From the NCBI GenBank assembly GCA_016708565.1, contig JADJFN010000001.1, forward strand, positions 348,863 through 412,862: 64,000 bases of DNA. Direction: 5' to 3'. The notes beneath the pieces are model-generated. The model did no database searches, was not told where the DNA came from, and saw only the letters and a list, made by a program, of their open reading frames with translations. Below, in pieces: positions 16,273 to 28,731 of this stretch. This DNA is from Myxococcales bacterium (GTDB taxonomy: Bacteria; Myxococcota_A; Polyangia; Haliangiales; Haliangiaceae). The position numbers and the translations under genes are program-made. Positions within the stretch are counted from its first letter, which is position 1; the number at the start of each line of letters is the position of its first letter.

Positions 16273-16923
16273 ATGCACCACCTGTCGCGCCTCGTCGTCG
16301 CCTCGCTCCTCGCGGCCACCGCCGCCTCGTCCCTGGCCGGCTGCGGCCCCGGTCGCCCCGGCTCCCCGGTCGGCCTGACCCTGGCCGCCGCCGCGCCGCC
16401 GCCGCCGCTGGCGACGCTGGTGTGGGTCGGCCGCGGCGTCGCCGAGCGCCACGGCCCCGACGGCTGGGCGCCGGCGCCCAGCTTCGACTACGACTTCACC
16501 GTCGTCCAGCGCCGCTACGCCGACCACTGGGACTCGACCAAGACGATGCGCCGGTCGCACCCGGCCTACGACGGCTCGGCTGGGCCGCGGCTCTTGGTCT
16601 ACCAGTTCCGCCTCGACCTCGCGCCCGGCCCCGACGCCGCGGTCGCGTACCGGATCGCGTCGACGATCGGCAGCGGCCGGGGCCACGGCGATCCCGAGTT
16701 CCGCGAGGCGGTGCTCGAGCTCACCGCCGACGTGTCGATGTTCGCCCCGTTCGACCGCTACCGCATCACCCAGCACTACCAGTACGAGGAGGGCCGGCTG
16801 ACCGAGCTGGTCGAACTCAACGATGGCGCCGCGCCGTGGGTGCGCAACCACGAGGAGGCGCTGCTGTTCGGGCCCGAACGGTTCGCCGGCCCGCCGACGA
16901 CGCTGGCCGACGCGGCGCCGTGA
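16273..16923 (+). CDS. Hypothetical lipoprotein (LAGCG lipobox), divergent from the LysR gene.
   Basis: The N-terminus MHHLSRLVVASLLAATAASSLAGCG is a lipoprotein signal. The composition looks like a real globular protein (W, Y, F, D, E, H). An ATG at 16273 is in frame with the listed ORF. Confidence 0.5.
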   Translation: MHHLSRLVVASLLAATAASSLAGCGPGRPGSPVGLTLAAAAPPPPLATLVWVGRGVAERHGPDGWAPAPSFDYDFTVVQRRYADHWDSTKTMRRSHPAYDGSAGPRLLVYQFRLDLAPGPDAAVAYRIASTIGSGRGHGDPEFREAVLELTADVSMFAPFDRYRITQHYQYEEGRLTELVELNDGAAPWVRNHEEALLFGPERFAGPPTTLADAAP

Positions 16924-16926
16924 CGG

Positions 16927-18359
<1,433 letters not shown>

Positions 18360-18363
<4 letters not shown>

Positions 18364-19538
18364 GCCGACACGTCCAGCGTGACGCCGTCCCAGGCCAGCA
18401 CGTCGCCGACGATCAGCTGCACCCGGCCGGCGCCGATGCGATCCTCGCCCAGCGTGAACGGCCCGGCCGCGCGGCCCAGCCACGGCGCGCCGGCGGTGAA
18501 CGCGACCTCGCACGGCAGCCCGGCCGGCGCCAGGTCGATCACCTGATCGGGCCGCCCGATCACCAGCCGCCGGCCGCGGTCGAGGCCGCTGGCGACGCGC
18601 AGGTACGCGACCCCGTCGATCACCTCGAACTCGAGCCGGCAGTCCTCGCCCAGCTCGACCGCGCCGCGGCCGGCCAGCGGCACCTTGCCCGCCACCGGCA
18701 GCCCGCCGATCAGCGTGCCGTTGCGCGAGCCGGCGTCGCCGATCGTGAACCCGTCGCCGCCGACGGTGATCTCGGCGTGGCGGCGCGACACCCCGCCGGC
18801 GCGCAGCGGCAGATCGCACACCGCGTCGCGGCCCATCGCGACCAGGGGCCGGACGCTCACGATCACCGCGTCGCCGCCGCGCGGGCGCAGCTCGACCTTG
18901 CCGCCGCTGATCAGATCGGCGGTGAGCGCGTCGAGCACGCGCTGGCGATCGTCGGACGGCTCGGCGGCCAGGCTGCGCGTCAGCGCGGCGCGCGCCTCGC
19001 CGCGGCGCCCGAGCCGGCGGTGCAGCTCGTAGTCGGCGAAGGCGTCGCGCGCCGACTGCTCGGCGGTGGCGCGGCGCTCGTCGGCGGCCAGCGTGTCCTC
19101 GACGCGATCGATCAGGCCGGCGTCGGAGTAGGCCTGGGCCGCGCCGGCCAGCTCGCCGATCGCGGCCAGCGCGTCGCCGGCCTCGCGGTGGGCGCCGCCG
19201 GCCACGAGCAGCGCCGCCGCCTCGCGCACCCGCTCGCGATCGCGCGCGGTGGCGACGCCCTCGGCCTTGGTCTTGGCGTACAGCGCGCGGCCCAGCGCCG
19301 CGGAGGCCTGGGCCACCAGCGCCGGCTCGTCGCCGGCCCAGTGCACCGCGTCGCGCAGCGCGGCCAGCTCGGCGGCGCGATCGGCGGCGCGCGCGGCCCG
19401 CGCCAGGTGCATGCGCACCGCGCCGGCGCGATCGCCGGCCAGGCCGTAGTGGGTCGCGGCGGTGTCGGGATCGCCCGCGGCCTCGGCGGCGCGCGCGGCG
19501 CGCAGGTCAGTCGAGAACAGCTGGCGGAAGATGCCCAC
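18360..19538 (-). CDS. FHA-domain protein with an N-terminal helical/TPR-like region.
   Basis: The FHA core is MGRDAVCDLPLRAGGVSRRHAEITVGGDGFTIGDAGSRNGTLIGG. A GTG start is at 19536-19538. A TATAAT hexamer lies 9 nt upstream on the coding strand. Confidence 0.7.
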
Positions 19539-19587
19539 GCGAGGGTCGATTATACAGCCCGGCGTGGGCCCTCAGCGCCGGTCAGTT

Positions 19588-19692
19588 CGTTTCGCTCGAG
19601 CACCGGAGGACGCGTCGGGAGTCTCGCGTCGCGGGGGGAGGCTCGATCCCGGCTTTGCCGGGATCGAGGGGGGCTCGGCGACGAGCCCCCTG
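19588..19692. repeat. Structured repetitive intergenic element, intact copy. It contains three consecutive hairpins: GACGCG-N10-CGCGTC, GATCCCGG-ctttg-CCGGGATC and GGGGGGCTCG-gcgac-GAGCCCCC.
   Basis: The 22-nt core gacgcgtcgggagtctcgcgtc also occurs at 30988-31009. The motifs ggggggaggctcg and gaggggggctSggcgacSagccccctg also occur at 32051-32110. Confidence 0.5.
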
Positions 19693-19696
19693 GAAC

Positions 19697-21538
19697 TCAA
19701 GGAAGCGCGGCGCCGAAGCGCGCCTGGTACTCGGTGGCGAGCTGGGCCTTGGCGGCGGCGTCGCCGGCGCGGTCGAGGGCCTTGCCCAGCGCGCGGTAGG
19801 CCTGCGCCAGCTCGGGCTCGGCGGCGATCGCCGCGCGCAAGGACGCGATCCCGGCCGGCAGCTTGTTGCCCTGGGCCAGCATCACGCCGCGCAGGTACAG
19901 CGCCCAGGCCGCGCCGCTCCACGCGGCGATCGCCTGATCGCACAGCTTGCGCGCGGCCGGCACCGCCTGCTGGCGCAGCGCCAGGTCGCACTCGGCGGCG
20001 AGCAGCCCGGGCGCGCCGCGCCAGCGCTTGCCCGCGGCCTTGGCCAGCCGCTTGGCGTCGGCGAACTTGTCGGCGTAGATCGCCGCCAGCAGGTCGCGCA
20101 CCGCCGCGACGTAGGCCGGCTCGTCGAGCGGCGCGATCTTGCCGGGGACGCCGCCCGGGGGCAGGCCGTAGCGGCCGCGGGTGCGCAGCACCCAGGCCAG
20201 CACGTCGGCGCCCACGCCCGGCTGACGCTGCTCGGCGCTCCGCGCGGCGCGCTCGGCGTCGGACACCAGCCCCAGGGCCAGGTACGCCTCGGCGGTGGCC
20301 ATCCACACCGGCACGCGATCGCCGGCCATCGCGTCGACCGCCGCCAGGTGGGCGCGCGCGCCGGCGAGGTCGCCGCCGGACGCCAGCGCGCCGGCCAGCA
20401 CCATCCGCGGTCGCGGATCGTCGGGCGCGACGTCGGCCACGCGCTGGCACGCCTTCACCGCGGCGTCGTCGGCGGCGCCGTCGCGCGCCACCCGCAGCTC
20501 GCAGATCGCCATCCGCACGTCGGGCGACGCCGGGTACGCGGCGGCGATCGCGTCGAGCTCGGCCAGCGCCTCGCCGAGCTTGCCGGCCTGGGCCAGCCGC
20601 CGCGCCGCCAGCAGCTGCTCGTTGGCCGCGCCGGCCAGGTCGACCGCGGCGCCGCCGCTGGCGTCGACCATGACCCGCAGCGCGGCGAGGAACTCGCCCT
20701 TGGCGTCGTCGTCCCAGCCGCCCCACGGGTTGCCCTCGAAGTAGCTGGTCAGCCGCGCCGCCAGCGTGCGCACGTCGAAGCTGCCCCGCGGCGCCAGCCA
20801 GGTCTCGAGCGACAGCTGCATGATCGCGCGGCTCGGCTCCGACAAGGTCGCCATCTCGGCGCTGTAGATCGCGGCCAGCAGCCAGGTCGGATCGTTCTCG
20901 TGCGGCGCGCCCAGCGTGTGGGCCAGCTCGTGCAACAGCACGACGGTCTGCTTGTGGCGGCGCCGCGCCAGGTGCACCCGCTCGCGCTCGGCGTCGCTGG
21001 TGTCGGGGAACAGCTGCGTGAACGCCTTGCGCTCGGCGCCGTCGGCGTAGCCGCGCACGACGACGTGGCGGCCCAGCGGGCGCGCCACGCCGAGCTCCTC
21101 GAAGCTGCCCTCGACCAGGCTCAGCGCCGACGCGTAGCCGATGACCCAGTCGACGTCGTCGCCGGGATCCTTGGCCTCGAGCGCCGCCAGCACGTCACCC
21201 AGCTTGCGATCGGCCGAGCGCGCGGGCCACGGCTCGATGGCCTTGGCCTCGAGGCGGACGCCGACCGCCGGCACCAGGAACTGGTTGGCCTCGTCGAGCT
21301 GCTCCTCGATCTGCTGCCGCCAGTGCAGCGTGCCGGCCCGGTAGTCCTCGTCGACCCAGACCCGCACGCGCGCGGTGCGGGCCTCGCCCGGCAGCGGCCG
21401 CGCCACCTCGAGCCCGGCCGGCAGCGCCTTGCTCAGGTTGCGCCGCTGGATCTCCTTCTCCTTGGCCGCGTTCGAGAACGCGTTGGTGTAACAGCCGGCG
21501 GCCAGGGCCGCGATCGCACACAGGAGAGCGGCGCGCAT
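19697..21538 (-). CDS. Zinc-metalloprotease-like lipoprotein with TPR repeats.
   Basis: A LAAGC lipobox and an HELAHTLGAPHE (HExxH) motif. The C-terminal half is built of TPR-like Ala/Leu-rich repeats. Confidence 0.65.
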   Translation of the reverse strand: MRAALLCAIAALAAGCYTNAFSNAAKEKEIQRRNLSKALPAGLEVARPLPGEARTARVRVWVDEDYRAGTLHWRQQIEEQLDEANQFLVPAVGVRLEAKAIEPWPARSADRKLGDVLAALEAKDPGDDVDWVIGYASALSLVEGSFEELGVARPLGRHVVVRGYADGAERKAFTQLFPDTSDAERERVHLARRRHKQTVVLLHELAHTLGAPHENDPTWLLAAIYSAEMATLSEPSRAIMQLSLETWLAPRGSFDVRTLAARLTSYFEGNPWGGWDDDAKGEFLAALRVMVDASGGAAVDLAGAANEQLLAARRLAQAGKLGEALAELDAIAAAYPASPDVRMAICELRVARDGAADDAAVKACQRVADVAPDDPRPRMVLAGALASGGDLAGARAHLAAVDAMAGDRVPVWMATAEAYLALGLVSDAERAARSAEQRQPGVGADVLAWVLRTRGRYGLPPGGVPGKIAPLDEPAYVAAVRDLLAAIYADKFADAKRLAKAAGKRWRGAPGLLAAECDLALRQQAVPAARKLCDQAIAAWSGAAWALYLRGVMLAQGNKLPAGIASLRAAIAAEPELAQAYRALGKALDRAGDAAAKAQLATEYQARFGAALP

Positions 21539-21570
21539 CAGGTGGGAGCGAGGCTACCACCGCGCCGCGG

Positions 21571-22035
21571 TCAGGCAGCCAGCTTCGACAGCGCCGGGTC
21601 GGCGGCGAGCGAGTTGCCGTGGCGCAGCAGCACCGGCGTGCCGGTCCACGCGAAGCCGAGCAGGTAGTCGTCGCCGTCCTCGCGCGTCCACTGCACGCGG
21701 GCCTTGAAGCGGTAGGTCAGCCCGAGCTCGACGTCGTCGATGATGATCTCGACCGCGCTGCCGATCTCGGCGTACGGCGCGCGACCGCACACCATGCCGC
21801 CCGGGCCGATGTCGTCGACCGTGATCGCGTCGTGCAGCTTGCCGCCGCGGACCACCGCCGGCAGCCGCACGTGCTCGCGCCGGAAGCGGCGGCCGTCGAC
21901 CGCCGGGCTGGCGTCTTCGGCGAACGCCGCCTCGAGCGCGGTCAGCGCCTCGATCTCGTCGAAGCTGAGCCCCGCCCCCGACGCAGCCTTCCCCAGCAGC
22001 AGCCGGTATTGGTAGACGCGGTCGAGGGCGGTCAT
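21571..22035 (-). CDS. PilZ-domain protein (c-di-GMP-binding candidate).
   Basis: MTALDRVYQYRLL...RFRREHVRLPA...DDIGPGGM contains the RxxxR and D-x-S/G-x-GG signature motifs of PilZ. The ATG is at 22033-22035 on the minus strand. Confidence 0.6.
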   Translation of the reverse strand: MTALDRVYQYRLLLGKAASGAGLSFDEIEALTALEAAFAEDASPAVDGRRFRREHVRLPAVVRGGKLHDAITVDDIGPGGMVCGRAPYAEIGSAVEIIIDDVELGLTYRFKARVQWTREDGDDYLLGFAWTGTPVLLRHGNSLAADPALSKLAA

Positions 22036-22221
22036 GCCTGGACCTAGAGCAAACCCCGGGCCACGGGTGAGCTGGCCCCGGCGCCGGGTTAACCGGCGGA
22101 GATCACAGATCGGGGGAGGGGGGCTGGCGGATCGGGTGGCCGGGTTTGCCGTCACCAGGGGTGCAGCGACCTCGCCACATTGACAGGCCGCCGTCGGGCC
22201 GCGATCGTCCCGATCACCTCC

Positions 22222-23538
22222 GTGGATCTCTTTGCCCAGAACGCCGCGGCGCGCCGCGTCGGCCAGCCGCTCGCCGAGCGCATGCGCCCGCGATCGCTGG
22301 CGGAGTTCGCCGGCCAGGAGCACCTGCTCGGCCCCGGCAAGCTGCTGGGCCAGCTGGCGGCGGGGCGGAACATCCCGTCGCTCCTGTTGTGGGGCCCACC
22401 TGGGACCGGAAAGACCACCCTGGCGCGCCTGGTCGCCGAGGCGATCCGCGCACACCTGGTGACCCTGTCGGCGGTCGACGCCGGGGTCAAGGACGTCCGC
22501 GAGGCGGTGGCCGAGGCCGCCACCCGCCGCGATCAGTACGGGCGGCGGACCGTGCTGTTCATCGACGAGATCCACCGGTTCTCGCGGACCCAGCAGGACG
22601 CGCTCCTGCCCCACGTCGAGGCCGGCACGGTGACGCTGGTCGGCGCGACCACCGAAAACCCGTCGTTCGGGGTGGTCGGCGCGCTCCTGTCGCGGGCCCG
22701 CGTGGTGCGGCTCGAGGCGCTGACCGACCCGGTGATCGACGCGCTGGTGCGGCGCGCGCTGGTCGACCGCGAGCGCGGGCTGGGCGCGCTCGACGTCCAG
22801 ATCGCCGACGAGACCATCGCCGACGTCGTGACCCTGGCCGGCGGCGACGCGCGGCGCGCGCTGGGCATCCTCGAGGCCGCCGCCGAGCTGGCCGGCGGGG
22901 TGGCGCCGGCGGCGATCGAGCGGGCCCACGTCGCCGAGGCCGCCCAGGGCAAGGTGCTGACCTACGATCGCGCCGGCGACGAGCACTACGGCGTGGTCAG
23001 CGCGCTGATCAAGAGCCTGCGCGGCTCCGACCCCGACGCGGCGGCGTACTGGATGACCCGCATGCTCGAGGCCGGCGACGATCCGCGCTTCATCCTGCGC
23101 CGGCTGGTGATCTTCGCGTCGGAGGACGTCGGCAACGCCGACCCCCAGGCCCTGGTGGTGGCGGTGAGCGCGCTGTCGGCCTACGAGCTGGTCGGGCTGC
23201 CCGAGGGCGCGCTGGTCATGACCCAGGCCGCGGTCTACCTGGCGTGCGCGCCCAAGTCGAACACCGCGCTCACCACCTACGCCGCCGCGCGCAAGGCGGT
23301 GCGGGACCACGGCGCGCTGCCGGTGCCGGCGGCGCTGCGGCCGGCGTCGACCGGCCTGGCCCGGGCCATGGGCCACGGCCAGGGCTACAAGTACCCCCAT
23401 GACTTCGAGGGCGCCTACGTGCCCGCCGACTACCTGCCCGAGGCGCTGATCGGGACCCGGCTGTACCAGCCGACCGAGTCGGGCTTCGAGGCCGAGCTGA
23501 AGGCGCGGCTGGCGGCGCTGGCCGCGCGCAAGCGCTGA
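22222..23538 (+). CDS. rarA: Replication-associated recombination protein A (RarA/MgsA AAA+ ATPase).
   Basis: PLAERMRPRSLAEFAGQEHLLGPGKLL, LLLWGPPGTGKTTLARLVA, VLFIDEIHRFSRTQQDALLPHVE and GDARRALGILE are all conserved in RarA. A GTG at 22222 is preferred as the start over the listed ORF start at 22180, which sits inside a TTGACA hexamer. Confidence 0.8.
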   Translation: MDLFAQNAAARRVGQPLAERMRPRSLAEFAGQEHLLGPGKLLGQLAAGRNIPSLLLWGPPGTGKTTLARLVAEAIRAHLVTLSAVDAGVKDVREAVAEAATRRDQYGRRTVLFIDEIHRFSRTQQDALLPHVEAGTVTLVGATTENPSFGVVGALLSRARVVRLEALTDPVIDALVRRALVDRERGLGALDVQIADETIADVVTLAGGDARRALGILEAAAELAGGVAPAAIERAHVAEAAQGKVLTYDRAGDEHYGVVSALIKSLRGSDPDAAAYWMTRMLEAGDDPRFILRRLVIFASEDVGNADPQALVVAVSALSAYELVGLPEGALVMTQAAVYLACAPKSNTALTTYAAARKAVRDHGALPVPAALRPASTGLARAMGHGQGYKYPHDFEGAYVPADYLPEALIGTRLYQPTESGFEAELKARLAALAARKR

Positions 23539-23583
23539 CCAGGCATCACTCTTCGCCGGCGCGATGTGATACCCCTTTGGGCG

Positions 23584-23847
23584 ATGTCCGCCCTCGACTC
23601 CACCCAGGAAGAGCTGTTCCTCGGCATCGCCTACGCGCTCTTCATGAACCGCCTGCACGTGCTGCGTCTGACCGAGGTCGTGCGCCACGGGATCCGGCCC
23701 AACGCCGACGACGGCAACATGGAAGTGCCGGATCCGCTCGACGGCGAGCTCAAGCAGCAGGCCGTCGAGTACGTGATCAAGTGCTTCCCGGCCACGTTCG
23801 GCAAGCGGCTGCGGGCCGCCGCCGACACGTGGCTGTCGCTGTCGTGA
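23584..23847 (+). CDS. Small hypothetical protein (about 87 aa).
   Basis: High GC3. The sequence is not low-complexity (MSALDSTQEELFLGIAYALFMNRLHVLRL...). No family was recognised. Confidence 0.35.
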   Translation: MSALDSTQEELFLGIAYALFMNRLHVLRLTEVVRHGIRPNADDGNMEVPDPLDGELKQQAVEYVIKCFPATFGKRLRAAADTWLSLS

Positions 23848-23935
23848 TGCGGTAGGGGCGCGTCGCCGGGCCCTGGGCGCGGGGATCGCCACCCCTGCAC
23901 GGGGCGCGGGCACGGTCGATATCCGATCGTGCAAG

Positions 23936-25135
23936 ATGCCCATCGCCCAGCTCTCCGCGCGGGCTGATGATCCCGCGACCTACCTCCGCGACCGGATCGC
24001 GCGCGGCGACGTCGTCGTCCCGCCGTACCCAGCGGTGGCGGCCGCGCTGCAAGCGCTCGCGGCCAACCCGAAGTGCGGCAGCCGCGCGCTGGCCGAGGTG
24101 GTCGGGCGCGACGTGGCGCTGGCGGCGGCGGTGGTGCGGCGCGCGTCGAGCGCGGCGGCCGCTGGCCACGCCGGCATCCTCACGCTCGAGCAGGCGGTGT
24201 GCAAGCTGGGCGTCGCCGAGCTGGGCCGGCTGGCGCTGGCGGTGTCGGTCGGCGCCACCGCGACCCGCCGGGGGCCGCTGGCGCTGTTGCGGCGCGACCA
24301 GTGGCGCCACGCGCTCCTGGCCGCGGTGTTCGCGCAGGAGCTGGCGCCGCGCCGGGGCATCCACCCCGATCAGGCGTTCCTGGCCGGGCTGATCCACGAT
24401 CTCGGCGCGGTGATCGCGGTCGGCCTCCTCGAGGAGTACCTCGGCCTGCACGCCGACGCGACGTTCGACGCGACCGCCGGCGGGGCGCTGATCCAGGAGG
24501 TCCACGTCGAGCTGGGGCTCCTGATCGCCGAGCGCTGGCAGCTGCCCGAGGTGCTGCGCGAGATCATCACCTACCACCACGATCCCACCGCGTGCCTCCG
24601 CGTCTACCGGCGCGAGGTGACGCTGATCGGCCAGGTCGAGCGGATCATCGCGGCGCTTGCCAGCCCGGCCGGCGCCGAGGCGCTGCGCGAGCTGCCCGGG
24701 CTCGAACACGACGAGCGGTTCCGCATCGTCGCGCTCCTGCCGCGGGTCGGCGAGGTCATGGCCAGCTTCGCCGCCGAGCTGCCCGACGCCGCGCCGCCGC
24801 CGCGCGCGAGCGCGCCGCCCCCGGCCGCGCCCCGGCCGGCGACGTTCCCGGTCGACTTCGCGGTCGAGCCCGGCGCCAACCGCGCGCCCGGGCGGGCGAC
24901 CGCGATCGGGCCGGCGACCCTCGAGCTCGACTGTCCGGCGGCGCTGCCGATCAACTGGCTGGTCGCGCTCGGCCTCGACCTGCCCGACGGGCGGGTCGAG
25001 CTGCTCGCCAACGTGCTCGCGTGCGCGCGCGGGCCCCGCGGCTTCCACGTCGTCATCGCGCCGTTCGCCCTCAACGGGCCGCCCAAGCGCGCGTGGCTCG
25101 CGCTGCTCGAGCGGGCCCGCGCCGCCGCGGCCTGA
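23936..25135 (+). CDS. HDOD-domain signalling protein with a C-terminal extension.
   Basis: HDOD-like segments are LLAAVFAQELA and LAGLIHDLGAVIAVGLLEEYL. Residues HHD are present. The gene is next to the c-di-GMP signalling genes. Confidence 0.65.
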   Translation: MPIAQLSARADDPATYLRDRIARGDVVVPPYPAVAAALQALAANPKCGSRALAEVVGRDVALAAAVVRRASSAAAAGHAGILTLEQAVCKLGVAELGRLALAVSVGATATRRGPLALLRRDQWRHALLAAVFAQELAPRRGIHPDQAFLAGLIHDLGAVIAVGLLEEYLGLHADATFDATAGGALIQEVHVELGLLIAERWQLPEVLREIITYHHDPTACLRVYRREVTLIGQVERIIAALASPAGAEALRELPGLEHDERFRIVALLPRVGEVMASFAAELPDAAPPPRASAPPPAAPRPATFPVDFAVEPGANRAPGRATAIGPATLELDCPAALPINWLVALGLDLPDGRVELLANVLACARGPRGFHVVIAPFALNGPPKRAWLALLERARAAAA

Positions 25136-25157
25136 CCGCCGTCCCCGGAGCCGATCC

Positions 25158-26300
25158 ATGTCCCTTCACATCAAGCGTGCCGGTTCGAGCGCCACCGACC
25201 CCGCGGCCGCGGTGGCCGAGGTGTTCGCGGGCGTCCACCAGCCCGACGCGGCGTTGACGATCTTCTACTGCTCCTCTCGCTACGACCTGCCGGCGCTGGC
25301 GGCGGCGCTGGTCGCGCGGTTCGGGCCGGACGCGCCGCTGCTCGGCTGCACCACCGCCGCGGAGATCGCGCCGACCGGCTACCACGAGGGCTCGCTGACC
25401 GCGGTCAGCCTGGCCGGCCCGGGGTTGACCGCCCACGTCGAGCGCATCGACGCGCTGCACGCGTTCGAGCTCGAGCAGGGCGCGGCGGCGGCGCAGCGCG
25501 CGCGCGCGGCGTTGGTCGCGCAGGGCGGCCTCCCCGACGCCGGCAACACCTTCGCGTTCCTGCTGGCTGACGGGCTGGCCTCGCAAGAGGAGGCGCTGGT
25601 CACGTCGATCTACCACGCGCTCGGCGGCATCCAGCTGTGCGGCGGCTCGGCCGGCGACGGCATGCGCTTCGAGCAGACCCACCTGTTCCATGGCGGTCGC
25701 TTCCACACCGACTGCGCGCTCTTGACGCTGGTCCGGTCGCCGGCGCCGTTCCGGGTGTTCAAGACCGAGCACTTCGCGCCGTCGAGCGAGCAGCTGGTCG
25801 TGACCGGCGCCGACCCCGGGCGCCGCATCGTCACCGAGATCAACGGCGAGCCGGCCGCGGTCGAGTACGCGCGGATCTGCGGCGTGCCCGCCGACGCGCT
25901 GACGCCGATGGTGTTCGCCACCCACCCGGTCGTGGTCACGCTCGGCGGCAGCGTCTTCGTGCGGTCGATCCAGAAGGTCAACCCCGACGGCAGCCTGACG
26001 TTCTTCTGCGCGATCGACGAGGGCATCGTGCTGCGGGTCGCGCGCGGGGGCGACATGGTCGCGAACCTGGCCGACGCGTTCGCCGGGGTGGTGCGCGAGA
26101 TCGGGGTGCCCGATCTGGTGCTCGGCTGCGACTGCGTGCTGCGCTACCTCGAGCTCGAACAGGGCCGGCTGCGGCCCGCGATCGACGCGCTGATGACGCG
26201 GCACAACGTGATCGGCTTCGCCACCTACGGCGAACAGTTCAACGCGATGCACGTCAACCAGACCTTCACCGGCGTCGCGATCGCCGCCACCCGAGGCTGA
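25158..26300 (+). CDS. FIST-domain sensor protein (FIST_N plus FIST_C).
   Basis: A 380-aa protein with FIST-like architecture ([25 protein letters not shown]...[13 protein letters not shown]...[11 protein letters not shown]). An ATG at 25158 is in frame. It ends 1 nt before the start of the hybrid kinase gene. Confidence 0.7.
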   Translation: MSLHIKRAGSSATDPAAAVAEVFAGVHQPDAALTIFYCSSRYDLPALAAALVARFGPDAPLLGCTTAAEIAPTGYHEGSLTAVSLAGPGLTAHVERIDALHAFELEQGAAAAQRARAALVAQGGLPDAGNTFAFLLADGLASQEEALVTSIYHALGGIQLCGGSAGDGMRFEQTHLFHGGRFHTDCALLTLVRSPAPFRVFKTEHFAPSSEQLVVTGADPGRRIVTEINGEPAAVEYARICGVPADALTPMVFATHPVVVTLGGSVFVRSIQKVNPDGSLTFFCAIDEGIVLRVARGGDMVANLADAFAGVVREIGVPDLVLGCDCVLRYLELEQGRLRPAIDALMTRHNVIGFATYGEQFNAMHVNQTFTGVAIAATRG

Positions 26301-26301
26301 G

Positions 26302-28720
<2,419 letters not shown>

Positions 28721-28731
<11 letters not shown>

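Noticed and set aside
19572-21667. ORFs 19572..20726 (-) and 19655..21667 (+) overlapping the metalloprotease gene
   Set aside because: They are in the wrong frame or strand relative to the HExxH/TPR lipoprotein ORF. Their composition is low-complexity and Arg/Gly-rich.
22036-22221. A TTGACA hexamer at 22180-22185 as a -35 box for rarA
   Set aside because: No convincing -10 box lies at 16-18 bp spacing, and the region is GC-rich. It was only used as an argument against the 22180 ORF start, not annotated as a promoter.
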